DNA of 63,115 nt, filler included, from Octopus bimaculoides (Eukaryota): the NCBI RefSeq assembly GCF_001194135.2. It is 3 parts of 3 records of this genome, joined end to end, with 100 filler letters (N's around TTAATTAATTAA, not from the genome) between each part and the next. Parts side by side here need not be neighbours in the genome. Positions count along the whole stretch, not along the records: positions 1 to 31,163 come from NC_068982.1; positions 31,264 to 56,160 come from NC_068985.1; 1 more part is not named here. One strand, given 5' to 3'. Every line of letters starts with the position of its first letter. Positions within the stretch are counted from its first letter, which is position 1. Both the position numbers and the translations under genes were made by a program. Shown piece after piece: positions 24,553-38,687 of the stretch. The notes below the pieces were generated by a model. That model ran no database searches, was not told the DNA's origin, and worked only from the letters and a program-made list of their open reading frames with translations.

Positions 24553-24759
24553 CTACTATTTTTAATACACCATTCTTCAGAATGGAAGGGATTCCAATAC
24601 AAGTTGTTTCTCTTTCTAATAACGTTTTATATAAGCATTCTTTATCGTTTGTACCCTGTTGGAAAATTCCATTTGGGCAAGGCATAGTTAAACAGTAGGA
24701 TACCGAATGGCAGGGTTTTCGTGCATGCGGACGCATACACATACTCGTACATAAACGCG

Positions 24760-24823
<64 letters not shown>

Positions 24824-26353
24824 CGTGCACATATATCCATATACATATTTTACCAGATTCAGGCATATTAATAAATACCTCCTAACTAATTTTAATCGAA
24901 CGAAGGAACATGATTAAGCATATAATATTTGCTGTTGATCTATCGTTAACCTCACAGTTCACCGAACTCTCATATATCAAATTTTATATTACACACCTTC
25001 GCACGTATATGTTAGTGATCCCCACTAAAATCAATATGTCACAAAACATATATTATTATTGACACACTAGATCTAAAAAAATACCCATTTTCTTTTCTAT
25101 ATCACCGTGCAAAATATACTATATATCATATCCATATACGTTTGCATATCTCAATATGGACATGCACATATACATATATTGGATATTCGTTAAATACGAT
25201 CATAAACATTAACTTACCTTCAAATATTTTTTCCTGATTTTATGGATTTGGGATAATATGAACTCTACCATCTAACGGATAATTTCAGAGCTTTTGAATA
25301 TTTCGCCATTATATCTTTTATATTTTTTTCGTCTCACTGTTTCAATACTAACCTTCTCAGGTCTAATAACCAGTTATTTATATATTAAATATTTGCTCTA
25401 TAACACATTATGAATCTCCATTGCACTCTTTCTTATGATTTTTTTATGAATAAATATAGTATATTATGCAAGGATTCTTTTTTTTTATTATTATTTTCAT
25501 AAAGTTTAGCGCACTATCCGTACATTTGGTGCAGAAAATCCGGTTTGATATAGTATGAAAAATTATTAGATATCTGATATGCGCTAAATTACCATTTTAA
25601 CATAGAATACCCCTTCGATTTTGACAAATTCTTATAGATTTTAGTTAATATGGAACTACCCCAGCTAACGGAAGTGTCAAGGCAATTCAATAATATGGCA
25701 TCAAATATTTAAAATGACTCGATATTGCATATTACTTAAATGTGGTCTTTCGTTGAAATCTTTTCAAATTCATTGGATTATTTTCTTTTTTACTTTTTTC
25801 TTTTTTCTTTTTTCTTTTTATTTTTTCAGTATATCAATTTTAGAAGCTAAAGAATAAATCCAGAAAACCTTAATATTTAGAAATTATATGTTTCTCGTCA
25901 CACGAATGACATCGCTATTTCAATACACTTTTGAAGATCTGTGAACCGGTTATCCACACGCGCGTCCCGAAGCACAATCTCATACCACATATGCGTGCGC
26001 GCCCGCACACACAGTTACGCACAGAGTTACACACGTACATACACACACACATACATACACACACACATACATACACACACATACATACACACACACATAC
26101 ATACACACACACATACATATATATATAAGCTGTATATTTATACAAGCGCACACGCAAATATATTGGATATAGAAAGCTGTATGGACAGACAGACTGACAG
26201 ACAAATAGATAAATAAATAGATAAATAGACACACAGATAGACTCAGAGACAGACAGGTAGACAAGCAGACTGACTGACAGAGAGGCAGGCAGGCAGGCAG
26301 GCAGGCAGACACACAGACTCAAAGACACATAGACATATAGAAGACACTCAGAC

Positions 26354-26425
<72 letters not shown>

Positions 26426-27094
26426 GTAAAGTGTCACAGTTTGCATATAACCGAGTATTGTTATATCCTGTTAAAGGATGGAGTCATCGTTGACTGAATC
26501 ACCACTCATACAAGGCACGTCGGTTATGAGTGTTGCTAGAATACCAGCTGGACAAAAACAAGATTTGTCAAAATATTAGCTGAATCCGGTATATTTCAGA
26601 TGACTATTGTACATATCCTAGATGTGATAGAAGTACATAGAAAAAATGCTTGGGAAATGATGAATATCCGAATATCTGTGAGTAAATCTCTCTAAAAGGA
26701 AGCGAATGATTCAGAACCTGAGATTCGTTCAGTGTCTGGTTGTTCCAATCGACAATGGCTTCCGAGAGGAAGCGCTGTTCTGTCTGAAAAGCTAATGTTC
26801 TATCTCCGCCTCACACACTATAATCAATTACTTGCACAGGAAATTCTCAGAGTCACAAGCAAACAGACTGACCTAACAAATGTGATCGCCATTATTGTAG
26901 CAGTCGCTGTATCACGTAAAACGATGCACGTGTAAAACAATGAAATGCCGCCTTTTCTGTAGATCCCTCACGTCTGAAAATTGGTCACACATTGATATGA
27001 GTTGACTTCACACACAAATACGTATTCGTGCAGATAGATTCAAACACATGCACCTACATACGCAGAAATAATCACATACAGGCTTAGAAGGAAT

Positions 27095-27318
27095 GAACCT
27101 GTGGAAAATGAAGGAGCGTTGCTTTTTTGTGTGTGGTTTGTGGGAGGAGGTGCTAGAGTCGTGGGGACCTGCTCAGCCATCAGAGAACTCACAGGAATCG
27201 ACCCATGGTAAATTATTATATGGTTATTGTTCACAGCAGAACATGTGCAACATGTGGAAAGGTCTGCTTTTCAGTTGGAGGATTGAAAAGGCATGTCAAA
27301 AGAGTTCATATTGTGTAA
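27095..27318 (+). pseudogene. Two tandem C2H2 zinc fingers, first with an in-frame stop; probably an RTE-type LINE C-terminus
   Basis: From 27121: AFLCVVCGRRC*SRGDLLSHQRTH-RNRPMVNYYMVIVHSRT-CATCGKVCFSVGGLKRHVKRVH-IV*. Spacing is C-x2-C-x12-H-x3/4-H with no TGEKP linker. Confidence 0.7.
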
Positions 27319-27481
27319 CTAGTTTCTTCTGCCAGGCAAAACAACTGGGAATTATGTAATAGAATGTGCAAAACTTTCGCCGGACTCTAGAGTCATGCAA
27401 GGGCCTCATATTGCATCAACATTGACTCATTTCAATAATTCTTTCTAGCAATGGCTTTGCTCGGATACGAAAAAGCAGCTA

Positions 27482-27518
<37 letters not shown>

Positions 27519-27782
27519 CCTACCATCTACAGATTTGACAATGACCAGTAGATCAGCCTGGTTTCAGAGCATTTGCTCTTCCTCAGTACTCGACAACAGG
27601 CTGGTTCTGTCAAGTCGCTAGGGGTAGGTGTTCGATCCTTTGCTTGCAATATATCGGACACAGGCAGTGTCGTTAACCAGCTGGGAAAGGTGTTTTCCTG
27701 GGGTTAAAAAAAATAGTAGTAACGTCGTTCCGTATGGAACACTCATGTTGAAGTGGCAACAAACATTATTTTATATGTGTGC

Positions 27783-27825
<43 letters not shown>

Positions 27826-27837
27826 TATTTTTTTTGT

Positions 27838-28172
27838 TTCAGTCATTATACTATGGCCATGCTGGGGCACCGCTTTTAAGAATTTTTAGTCAAACGAATC
27901 AACCCCAGTACTTTCTTTTTTTTTTAGAGCCTGATACTTATTCTACTGATATCGTTTATAGAAGCGGTATTTTTACAGGGACGTAAACACACCAATACCG
28001 GTATATATAAACGACAGTCTCTTTTAGTTTCCGTCCACCAAATCCTCTCACAAGGCTTTGTTTGGCCCGGGGCTGTAGTAGATGACACTTGTCCAAGGTG
28101 CCACGCAATGGGACTGAATCTGAAAACATGTAGTAGGGAAGCAAGCTTCTTATCACACACCCGCACCGGCGC
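27838..28172 (-). mobile_element. Near full-length tRNA-derived SINE
   Basis: Minus strand: head GTGTGTGATAAGAAGCTTGCTTCC..GATTCAGTCCCATTGCGTGGCACCTTGGACAAGTGTC (CORE-like CCTTGGrCAAGT start), then GGACGGAAACT, then 3' CGGTGCCCCAGCATGGCC..ATGACTGAAAC. Confidence 0.8.
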
Positions 28173-28369
28173 CTATACATACATATATATATATATATAT
28201 ATTATCGAACGCACATAGTGTGATCTACCGCGCATTAAGAGAGTCATCTCTACCGCGTCAAATCACAGCCACCGGTGAATAAGCAGAGCATACGTGTGTT
28301 CAGTAATGTTTACAACAGTAGCATTGCTTCTCATTTATATTTGGACACAAAGTTATATTTGGACACATA

Positions 28370-28994
28370 CGAGGCGGTATCAAAAAGTTTCAGGATTGGT
28401 TATGTGTATTAAAAAGTAACTTATTTACCTAAATTTTAGCATCATCTCCTACGAAATAGTCAGCTTTGTGCGCTAGAGATCCGGTCGCATTCGCCGAATA
28501 CCCTTTCTTAAACGCTTCAAAACGTCGCAGTAGAACTCTCGATTGACTATCTGAACCTAGGGGACGAATTCTCGATGCACAATACCACATTCCCGAGTGT
28601 AATACTTGTGGCAGGTCATCCAGATCCTTTATCATCTTCCAGGGACGTTATTCCGCTTTTGAAACATCCATGCCACTCGAAACATCGCGTACGAACCGAT
28701 GTCTTGTCACCGTAAGCTTGCCAAAGCATGCTCAATGTCTCTATAGCAGACTTCCCAAGTTTAACCCAAATTTTCACGTTGACTCTTTGTTCCTGTCCAT
28801 GACTAAATCACAGACTGCAGTATACACGTGAACACAAAACCACAAATTTCACAACTTGCGAAGTAAATACAGCGATGTCACTGGGCACACTTCGTCGTGA
28901 AAGTTACTGTAAGCTTCCACAACGCATGCGACCGTGTGCTGCCATTGGTTGGCGCGCTACAGAACTAGTCCGGGAACTTTGTGATACTACCTCA
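28370..28994 (-). mobile_element. Internally deleted mariner (Tc1/mariner) transposon
   Basis: 28-bp terminal inverted repeats (28370-28397 and 28967-28994) match at 21/28 positions, with TA at the left flank. Minus strand gives QRVNVKIWVKLGKSAIETLSMLWQAYGD..CFEWHGCFKSGITSLEDDKGSG*PATS (mariner HTH N-terminus), DVLKRLRKGIRRMRPDL, and C-terminal ADYFVGD. Confidence 0.9.
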
Positions 28995-29622
28995 CACGTA
29001 TGTGTGTGTAAGTGTGTGTGTGTGTGTGTATGTAAGACGTAAGAGTATATGTGTGGCTGATAAATGTATATGTATATATATATATATATATACATACTTG
29101 TGCGTGTGTATACACGAGTGCGTGATCTACTGCCAGTTTACCATGCGCATCTCCCAACGGAAATTAGCAATATACTGATGCGAGATAAAGAATACTTAGA
29201 TAAAACTACCATTCGGGAACCAAAAAAATGTTTTTACTCAAATCACATCCATGTAAAGAATGCTCTCTTTAGCATGGAAGCTAGTCATAAAAAGAGTAGC
29301 AATATCTATGTATTGTACAATGGATATATTCACTCTACATATCGTATCTGTAAATGGTTGCACGCACAATATTTCGCGTTCTTGTTTGTATGGCCATTTA
29401 GAAATCACATATGCGAGCCTGCGCGAGTGTATGCATGGGTCTGTGTGCGCGTGTCTCGTGTGTGTGTGTGTGTAGTGTGTATAGTGTGTATATTTGTGAA
29501 CTTCTCAGTTCGTCTATATATATATATAAAATATACCACAAAGATGAGTTAAAAGAACAACAAATAGGGCATATTATCTGATGTGTGTGTGTATGTGTGT
29601 GTGTGTATTATGTGTGTGAGAG

Positions 29623-29672
<50 letters not shown>

Positions 29673-30557
29673 CACATACATACATACATACATACATTGG
29701 TAGATGGATAGATGGATAGATGGATAGATAATGGATAAATAGATAGATAGATACATACATACATACATACATACATACATACATACATACATACATACAT
29801 AGATATACATATATATGCAAATATACAATCCGTATCATATATGCCATATGATGGCTATACTTTTTCAACTCATACTTAGACGAGTCGTGATTGTTACAGT
29901 TAATGAGCTGATCATAATTGTCTTTAAGATGTCGACCAATGACCATAATCTTTTACAGACACTTCCAAACATGTATGAGATTAGAAGATAGGTATTTTCG
30001 GACGGAAACCTAGCCTGAATGTTCATAACAAAAGAATCTGTTAAAGTTGCACAAGATCCAAATAACGAGAGAAAACCAGGAGAAAAATGATTTTACTGGG
30101 AATATAGCTATATGACGATATATCAAAATAAAATCAGGCTACTGGAATAATCTTTACAGAAATTTCCTATTATGTAAAGATTCCATTTTCTTCGAAATCT
30201 ACTAAATTTTCTACCATTACTATTGTATATTTGCATGATTTCCTTCATTTTTTCGTACTCTGATCCTTTTGTATTACAGTGTTGTATATTATGGCAGCTA
30301 AACGTTGGTTTCTTGCAATCCGTGTGTAGTGTGTGATTGTAAAAACGATGGCATTGTGTTCGTTTATGATACCGGAAAGGTTTGACGTGCAGCTGAAGCT
30401 CACTTTAATGTTGCTTCTCTTGAATAAATACAACTATATATTTAATCAAAAGAAAACAACAATATACAAACACAAATGGAAACTTCGGTTAAGTAAATTA
30501 CTCATTGAATGGCGGTAGAGAATAAAATTTCTACTTTCTATTGCGTTTTCTTTTCAG

Positions 30558-30579
30558 ATTCCAAAATGAGATCGTACGA
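30558..30579 (+). CDS. Candidate host micro-exon (22 nt; FQNEIVR in phase 2 to 0)
   Basis: TTGCGTTTTCTTTTCAG acceptor and a perfect GTAAGT donor at 30580. Confidence 0.35.
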
Positions 30580-30665
30580 GTAAGTGAAATAAGTTCAAAT
30601 ACACTTTAGTAAACAGCCTCCATTTTATTTTTTCTCTCTTGTTTATTGCACTTTACTGTTCCCAG

Positions 30666-30735
30666 CTGATATCAGTGACTGATTTTGGAGTTAGTATTTG
30701 CGAACAGAAGTATCTGTATAAAAGTAAATATGATG
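30666..30735 (+). CDS. Candidate host exon (LISVTDFGVSICEQKYLYKSKYD); 3' end uncertain (30689 or 30735)
   Basis: Long pyrimidine tract ending TGTTCCCAG. Only phase 0 is open, which matches the 22-nt exon 86 nt upstream. Possible donors are GTTAGT (30690) and GTTTGT (30736). Confidence 0.3.
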
Positions 30736-31207
30736 GTTTGTTTGTATGTGTGTGTAAGTATATATATAAATATATATGTAAGTGCGAATGTATGCTTGCA
30801 TGCATGTATATATATATATATAAGTATGTATGGACGTGTGTACATTTGTACGTAGGTGTTGGTGTATTTCTAAGGAGAAAGATTAAGATAGAAAGAGGGA
30901 GAGAAATAACAATTCTAGATTGAGTGATATATTGGATTCACATTCATAAATACACAGAAATATATACCTCCGAGTTTCAGCGGATTAAATATCTCAAGAT
31001 TTGCATACGTTTGTATATGTATAACTTCATACCGACATATATGCAGAGGTATGTTCACATTTGTACACACACATATATATACAATATATAATATATATAA
31101 ATATATATATACATGTATCTACGTATATATGTGTATATATATGTATGTATGTATGTATGTATGNNNNNNNNNNNNNNNNNNNNNNNNNNNNNNNNNNNNN
31201 NNNNNNN

Positions 31208-31219
31208 TTAATTAATTAA
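31208..31219. other. Assembly linker TTAATTAATTAA (artefact)
   Basis: Sits between exactly 44 N on each side (100 bp total). An identical construct is at 56205-56216. It puts stops in all six frames. Confidence 0.9.
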
Positions 31220-31263
31220 NNNNNNNNNNNNNNNNNNNNNNNNNNNNNNNNNNNNNNNNNNNN

Positions 31264-31311
<48 letters not shown>

Positions 31312-33940
31312 AATTGAAAATGGAGGGGAATATGTGATTATCATCAACTTGCAGACATTGTATTGTCAATTTGCCTGTTTATTTTTCAACTAAGAGGAGA
31401 GGAAAATAAAAACAATATACAAACATATATGACATATTATGTCATAACAGTAATAAAAAATAAAAAGGACATCTAGTGACCGAAAGAGGGACAATGTCTT
31501 ACAGCTATTTCAGCCTAGACGTGACGTTCCTAATTCTATGTATATAACTCTACTAAACTGGAGTGATTCGTAGAATAAATGGATAAAAATAGAGGTACAT
31601 GTATGGTTCTCTAGGCCTCTTCAGAGATTTACAAAGGTCATGGAATTAATTTACAATATACACATATAGATTTCCAAAAATCATATAAAAATCGTAAAAG
31701 ATCATAAACTCACATATATATGCATGCATACTCTGACGTATATAGACATACATAAATAAATAAACATAAATACATGAATACATATATATACACTTAAGTG
31801 TACATACATTAACGTCTATACATGCACACCAATGAGTCAATTGTTAGTGTTATTATACATAAGGACACATATATATATACCCACATACACATCCATACAT
31901 ACATGCACATATGTATACGTTAGCATTCCCATACATAAATGTTCCGTGGTACGTAAGCTTTCGTTGAGTTTGGAAAAGAGGATTGGTCCCTATATATTGG
32001 TATATATTGGTTCACCGATCCTCCTTTCCGAATATTTGTGTGTGAAACAAATAATTTTATAATTTCGCACTCATTGTTAAATAAACTTCCATTGTGAAGC
32101 AATGTCAAGGGTTTCTTATTAAATATCGAACGGTAAACGCTGTGTGACGCACACATTTTATTTAGCTTCATAGTAATCATTCTAAAATACACATTGGGAT
32201 ACAAATACGATACCAAATATTCTTTATAAATTGTCATTTTTGACATCTGTTAATATCTTCCATACTCTTTCACATCCGTGAATAACATAAACCAACTGGT
32301 GACACCTGTGGCTTTCATAACTGAATATAAATAGAATATGTTAAATGATGAAGTCACAGTTCCTTCGTATTTAAACTAAAGCATCACGATATATTTGTGC
32401 TAGATTTCTTCTGAGTTAAAAATAATCATAGTTTCTCGAGTGTAACATCATCAATACGAAAGGTCGTACACATAATAGCGGAATTAATTTTTATTTTGAA
32501 CTTGAATACAGCAAATGGCATGAACAACATAAGAAACTCTTTTAGATTTAGACAGTAGAGTATTAACTTGTCAGATTGACAATGTTTTGCTTTGAGCTCA
32601 TTCCATCTTCTCTACCGTTCTGAAGTTTAGGTGTTTTAAAATCTAAACACTGGAGAGTTGAAAGTTGACAGCATATATCTAGAGTATTGTGAAATGTCTT
32701 ATTGACTGATAGTCCTCTGTGACACAACAAATTTCATAACAATTATTTAATTTACTAACTTGCAGCAGATTCTATTATGTCCATACATATAATTAAATAC
32801 ATATATATATACATAAAATTTATTGTTTCTAAATTCTGTATGCTTGTTTGCATAAACAACAAAAAAAACTGTTCCCATTATGTCTTTCTTAAACGCGTAT
32901 AGCTCTCACCAGACTTGTTTTTATACTTCATGAAATAAAATCATAAGTGGCGCATTAACTTTCGTTCTGCATCACTGTGCTAACCAAGCAGGGTCTCAGA
33001 CCAATAACTGAAACATGTATAGGATACAAGGTGATTTAACATACGAAACATTATTAGTTAGCTTTACACAAAACCTACGCCATGCTCGTAATTGAACGCC
33101 AGACTCAAACCAAATGCCTTCCATGTTCCATTGCAGCAAATACATAGCGATCCTAATCCTTTTTGGTTTCTTATTTGAGATGAATATGAAAGACTTGATA
33201 TATTTGCATGCAATATGCAAGAAAATGCAAATAGTTCACTGGCGTGTCAGTAGAGGTATGAGGTCATTTAATTACCAACATTCTTGAAGCTCCATCTGTT
33301 GAAATATAATATTTGGCAAATCAATACACATGAAAATGTACGTCAATAATCATCATATATACAGATTCAGTCTCGTCTGAAAAACCCTGTAACTTATCTT
33401 GATGTACATGTATGCCTTCCTTATACAAAATTACGTCTACCATCCTCTCTAAGACATTTTCTTTTCCAGTAAAAAAATTAAGATTACATAAAGTAAGGAA
33501 ATACTGCCAACATAGTGTACCATAATAACAACAGATTGGAGGTTATATTGTCTTAGTTTTACAAGAATTCTATTCATAAAGAGTACATTAAATAGCTACC
33601 AAACAATCAGAAGGAGGCGGCAACATTCTGCGAACATTTCTCATGCTTTAATAAATTTTTCTTTTTTTTACAAATACAATGATTTTCAAGAAGACTAAAC
33701 AGTAGTAACATCGTCCTTTGTAGAACCACCATATTGTATCGGCAAATATATTTCACTTTTATATATGTTCTGCAAATATCTCCATAGTCTTCAAATAGCT
33801 AGAACATTTTCCTTTTTTTTCTGTGTCTTTCTCTTTTCCTTTTCGACGGCTCGTGACAAAAATTATCTTTATGGTTGCAGAATAATATTTGGTTCTGAAG
33901 ATTGATGGCTTAAGCCGTAGTAGCTCAGGTAGACGGCAAA

Positions 33941-34071
33941 GAAGAAGAAGAAGAAGAAGAAGAAGAAGAAGAAGAAGAAGAAGAAGAAGAAGAAGAAGAA
34001 GAAGAAGAAGAAGAAGAAGAAGAAGAAGAAGAAGAAGAAGAAGAAGAAGAAGAAGAAGAAGAAGAAGAAGA
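33941..34071. repeat. (AAG)n microsatellite
   Basis: Read directly, about 43 units; source of the poly-R ORF call. Confidence 0.95.
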
Positions 34072-34627
34072 ATCTACTGTAATGATCAAGAGACCTCTTT
34101 TGGTTGTAACCGTAGTGATAGGAACTGTTTAAATTAATTCAGTGGTATCGACTATTCTTATAAATACATGCATATATATATACATACACACACCCATACA
34201 TGACAGTCTTATTTCAGTTTCGATCTACCAAATCCACTGGAAAGTCTTTGGTTGGCCTAAAGATATAGTAGAAAACATTTGTCCTAGCTGCCACGCAGTT
34301 GGACTGTACCAGGAAGCATATGCTTGGAAAGCAATCTGTTTCCGACACGGCCATTTCTGCGCCATATATGTTTTATGTATTATATACAGGTTCCTATGAT
34401 AACTATACATACACCCACACACGCTCATGCATATATATTCTTATGTCAACATACATATGGACATACACTCCCAGTTTTTCTGCCCTCAATGAAACATTCA
34501 ATAACACTGCTTGGTGTGTTACTTTAAGTGAACCACTTTCTATTTAATACATCAGTCAAAATCCCTTCAATTTTAATGAAACTTCATGGTTGATGTCTAA
34601 CGTTTGGAAACTTGCCTTTCGTTTCAG

Positions 34628-34645
34628 TGATCGTTCTTGAAATGC
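34628..34645 (+). CDS. Candidate host micro-exon (18 nt; VIVLEM in phase 1 to 1)
   Basis: CTTGCCTTTCGTTTCAG acceptor and GTAAGA donor; only phase 1 is open. Confidence 0.2.
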
Positions 34646-37347
34646 GTAAGAGTGACATAGAGGAAAACAAGGAACATTCCTTTCTACCTTATATCACTAG
34701 TCATATCAATATCGTGCACTTCATATCAGATTCCCCCTTCTTCAATTTCCTATCATCTCGCCTAATTCAGCGTTCGTTCCCTTTTCATCTTCCTCTAAGT
34801 ATGCTTCCATTTCAGCGAATATATATTTTACATTTTCTAGCATTCTTTAATGCGATGTGTCATGGATGATTGGCTTACATATCAAGCAATCCATGCAACA
34901 GTCATATGAAATCGATTCGATGAGACTGAAAGTGACAAGTGTAAACCTCGTGATCCATAATTTTCAAACAATTCTTCTGATCAGTTTATGTCAGTTGCAG
35001 TAATGGATGTTGCATTCCAATTGTTAAGAATATATATAAATATTGATTTAATGTACATAATAGATAACTGATTATACAGTGTATCGTCTGAGTTTCTAAG
35101 AATGCAGAAATGACACTTGCCAAATTTCTTTGTTGGGTCAAGTTCCTTAACTTGAAATCATGATATAACAATTGAATTTGATATATATGGCATTTAAGAC
35201 CTTACAATAACTTTACGCTAACTCCCTCTATCTCTCGTATTAAACATATCGCTGTTCAATATCACCTTTTCATATATTTTATATATGTTGCGTTTTATTC
35301 CAACATTCTTTCAATGGTTTATGGCAAAATAATGATTGTATGACATAAAAATATCTTTTTCTAAAACGTAAGGACTGTTGTTATTCAATAACATTTTGAA
35401 GCCATTTCAATTTATTTCTGCCACATACTACATTGAAAATCAAACACTTGTGACAGAATTAACATTCCTGCCTATAAATAATAACATTATTCTTTTGCAT
35501 CGCTGAAATCAGTGGCGTAGGCTTTATATTTATAATTATTTTTTTATATACGCAAGAGTTCCTGTTTTTTCTGATGTATCGACTCTATTAAAAGTTGTTA
35601 CATTTTCCTAGTGATGAATTCAAAAGTAAATAACGCATTCCTTCCGATGAAACATAAGAACCGAATATCTTATTTACAATCTAGGTGACCAGTATAATGG
35701 ATTTGAAATATGCAGGTTACAAAAGCCTTATTGACATGATCTGAGAATAAATAAAACTGCTAGATTTTGGAATATTTTAAAGTATATTCCATAATCTATA
35801 AGAAGAGTGGGACTTGAAATTCTTCTCACGTTCAACAGATTGAGCAACTAACGTACACTTTATTTTCATGTCTCCAGTATATTTCAAGCACATTCACGTT
35901 TAAATTTATATCTATTAAATGCTATACTTTGAAAAACCGTTCGCATTCCAGGATATATATTAATGACATGCTGCCATATTATATTTAGTTACATCAAACA
36001 TATAATTATATACGAATTAATTGCACATAGCAAGGAGTTTTGTGAGAGGAAGCAAGAAACCAACATGCATGCAATGATTTCGGCTTGAGTTTCTCCAAAT
36101 CACAAATTTATAAAAATATTCATTGCATAATAGACCCAAAATGATAAAGCTTCCAGGAATCATGTTTTTAATCTACAGAAATTGTAGTAAATTAAAACAT
36201 ATATATGCTCAAATTAGTTTCAAATAGGTGAGAATAACACATGTAATTAAAAGGTACAATGAATCACTAACAAGCTATCGCCATTTCTCAAACATTTTCA
36301 CTTTAACGCACTCCCCCTATTTCTCTCTCTCCCCCTCTCTCTCCCTCTCTCTCTCTCCATCCCTCTCTCTCCCTCTCTCTCCCTCTCTCTCTCCCCCTAT
36401 CTCTCTCTCCATCTCTCTCTCTCTCTCACTGTATATATATATATATATATTCGATTATTTTCGTCGTTGGTACGGGGTCTCGAGATTTGTATTCACTTTC
36501 CGCTCCCACTTTTGTGATTCAGATAAGAATTTTGGTTTGGTTGTTTTGACTAATATTTCAGCATGTTGGTACTGATGTAGTACCATTAATTATGTATGTG
36601 TCTGTGTGTGTGTGTGTGTGTGTGTCTTGTCACCAAAAAATAATTTGTGACTCATAAAATATATAAGTAATTGTGTATTGAAAATCTATATTCATAAGCA
36701 TTAACAAATTTTTAGTATCACTCTTAAGTTGCGTGTTACCGAATTTCCCACTTTAACACACTCGTTCCAGGCAAAATTTATAAACAAAAATAGTATGTTT
36801 ACTTACCATAAAATGAGTTCGACTCACACTGTTTTCAAAAATTCGAATATATTAAAAAGATTGACTTCATTTAAATACAAGCAAATTTTCAAGTAGATCA
36901 TAAAGTAACTTATCTATATTAAAGTATATATTAGTATGTTATAGCAATTTATAATAAAATATACTCAGGTATATTATTAAAAATCAATTAGGAATTCGAA
37001 ATAATAATATCATGGAAAATAATTTTTTAAGAAATCTGGTATTCCATCAAATATATTTTACTTACGTGAATTCATTTTGTTCTTCATTGATAAGGCTTTA
37101 CAATAGCATATATAAACAAGACTATCCAAACATTAGATAGTACATACATTCAATACAGAGATATAGATATTGTTAAAAGGAATTTGCTTTTTTATTCAAC
37201 GCAGAACATGAGATAATCTATCGTACACGTTATATATGAAAATCTGAGACATTTAAAAATACATATGCATATACATACACACACAGACACATATACATAT
37301 ACACATCCATAGTTACATGCATATATATATATTTATTTGGATCTCTG

Positions 37348-37448
<101 letters not shown>

Positions 37449-38238
37449 CTCTCTTCATGTGTGTGTCTCTGTGTGTGTGTATTTGGCTATACTTCAGACA
37501 AGTTCTGTGCTTAGTACTTAGTTACTAGTAATATATTCATATCAAACATTCTATTCAGTAACAATCTCTATAACTATTTGACAGCTTTATAGATAAAGAA
37601 TTTTTGCGCTTGAACTTAAGTCAAAAGAAAATAAATGATAGATTTTTACATGAAATATATCTTTCCCTTTTGTATCCTTTTCAATAGATATATAAATACA
37701 GAAAACTTCTCATACACAGGAACACAAACATACAAACATTTATGTAAAATAATACCTAAATTTTAATGATTAATTTTTGATCGATAGACGACAGAGACAA
37801 ATCTAACTACCCATATATTTACTTTCGTTGGTCTGAGATTGTGTATCACTGACACAATGAGAACAAATATTTCACTGCCTTTATTACTACTTTATCGAAT
37901 TGCTTCTTGTTTGGTCTCTCCACAACTCAAATGCAGTTACTTTCTTTAAAACATTTCATTTTTATATTAATATATTTTGATAAAATCAGACTATATGAAG
38001 CGAAATGTTTGAAAAAACTGGATGCTATAAAAATTAAGAAGAGAGTTTATATAAATGGGTCTCTCGGTTGAATTCAATGATGTAAAATATATAAAGAGTC
38101 GGAAGTCGTTTTGAGTAAACATAAATAACTTCGAGAGATAAAATTATTATCAAATATCTATCGTATTTGTTATAACCTATATGATAGGGGGATTGACAAA
38201 ACGTAAGCGAATATTTCATATTTTCTTTTCATTTTCAG

Positions 38239-38293
38239 TAAGTGCAACCAAGAAGATAATGTATTGTAAAATACAATGTGATGAGTGTTTCAT
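38239..38293 (+). CDS. Candidate host exon (55 nt; SATKKIMYCKIQCDECF in phase 1 to 2)
   Basis: ATTTTCTTTTCATTTTCAG acceptor and GTGAGT donor at 38294. Confidence 0.25.
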
Positions 38294-38654
38294 GTGAGTG
38301 TGTGTATGTGTGTGTGTAATGCATAATGTAAATATATATAAGTATGTATGTGTGTGTGTGTGTGTGTTTAAGTACATGCACATATATACGGTATTTTCAT
38401 AAAACTGTTACTTAATAAAATGAAGGCAAGTTTGTGAAAATGTCGCAAGACGGAATTTAATCGTACAAAAATACATTCACGCCAAAAAACAGACAAAAAA
38501 ACTAGAATAATTATACAAGCATATACTCTAAAACATACAAATAATTTATTCACTTGCACAAGCAATCATAGGTGTGCGTGGGCATAAAGTACGTGGGCAT
38601 AAAGTGTGCATGTATGTGTATATGAACGTATAAACACACACACATGTATATATG

Positions 38655-38687
<33 letters not shown>

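Noticed and set aside
26600-26935. Possible exons: MTIVHILDVIEVHRKNAWEMMNIRIS|GTGAGT (about 26600-26677) and an 80-codon open frame ending at 26935
   Set aside because: Weak acceptors, no recognisable homology, and phases that do not join the neighbouring candidates. A Cys-rich alternative frame contains a TAG.
31164-31263. TTAATTAATTAA island in N (also 56161-56260) as a biological motif or PacI-like site
   Set aside because: The identical 44N+12+44N construct occurs twice; it is an assembly spacer.
38221-38243. TTTTCAGTAAGT as a recursive splice site
   Set aside because: Recursive sites need AG|GT; here the acceptor and donor share one G.
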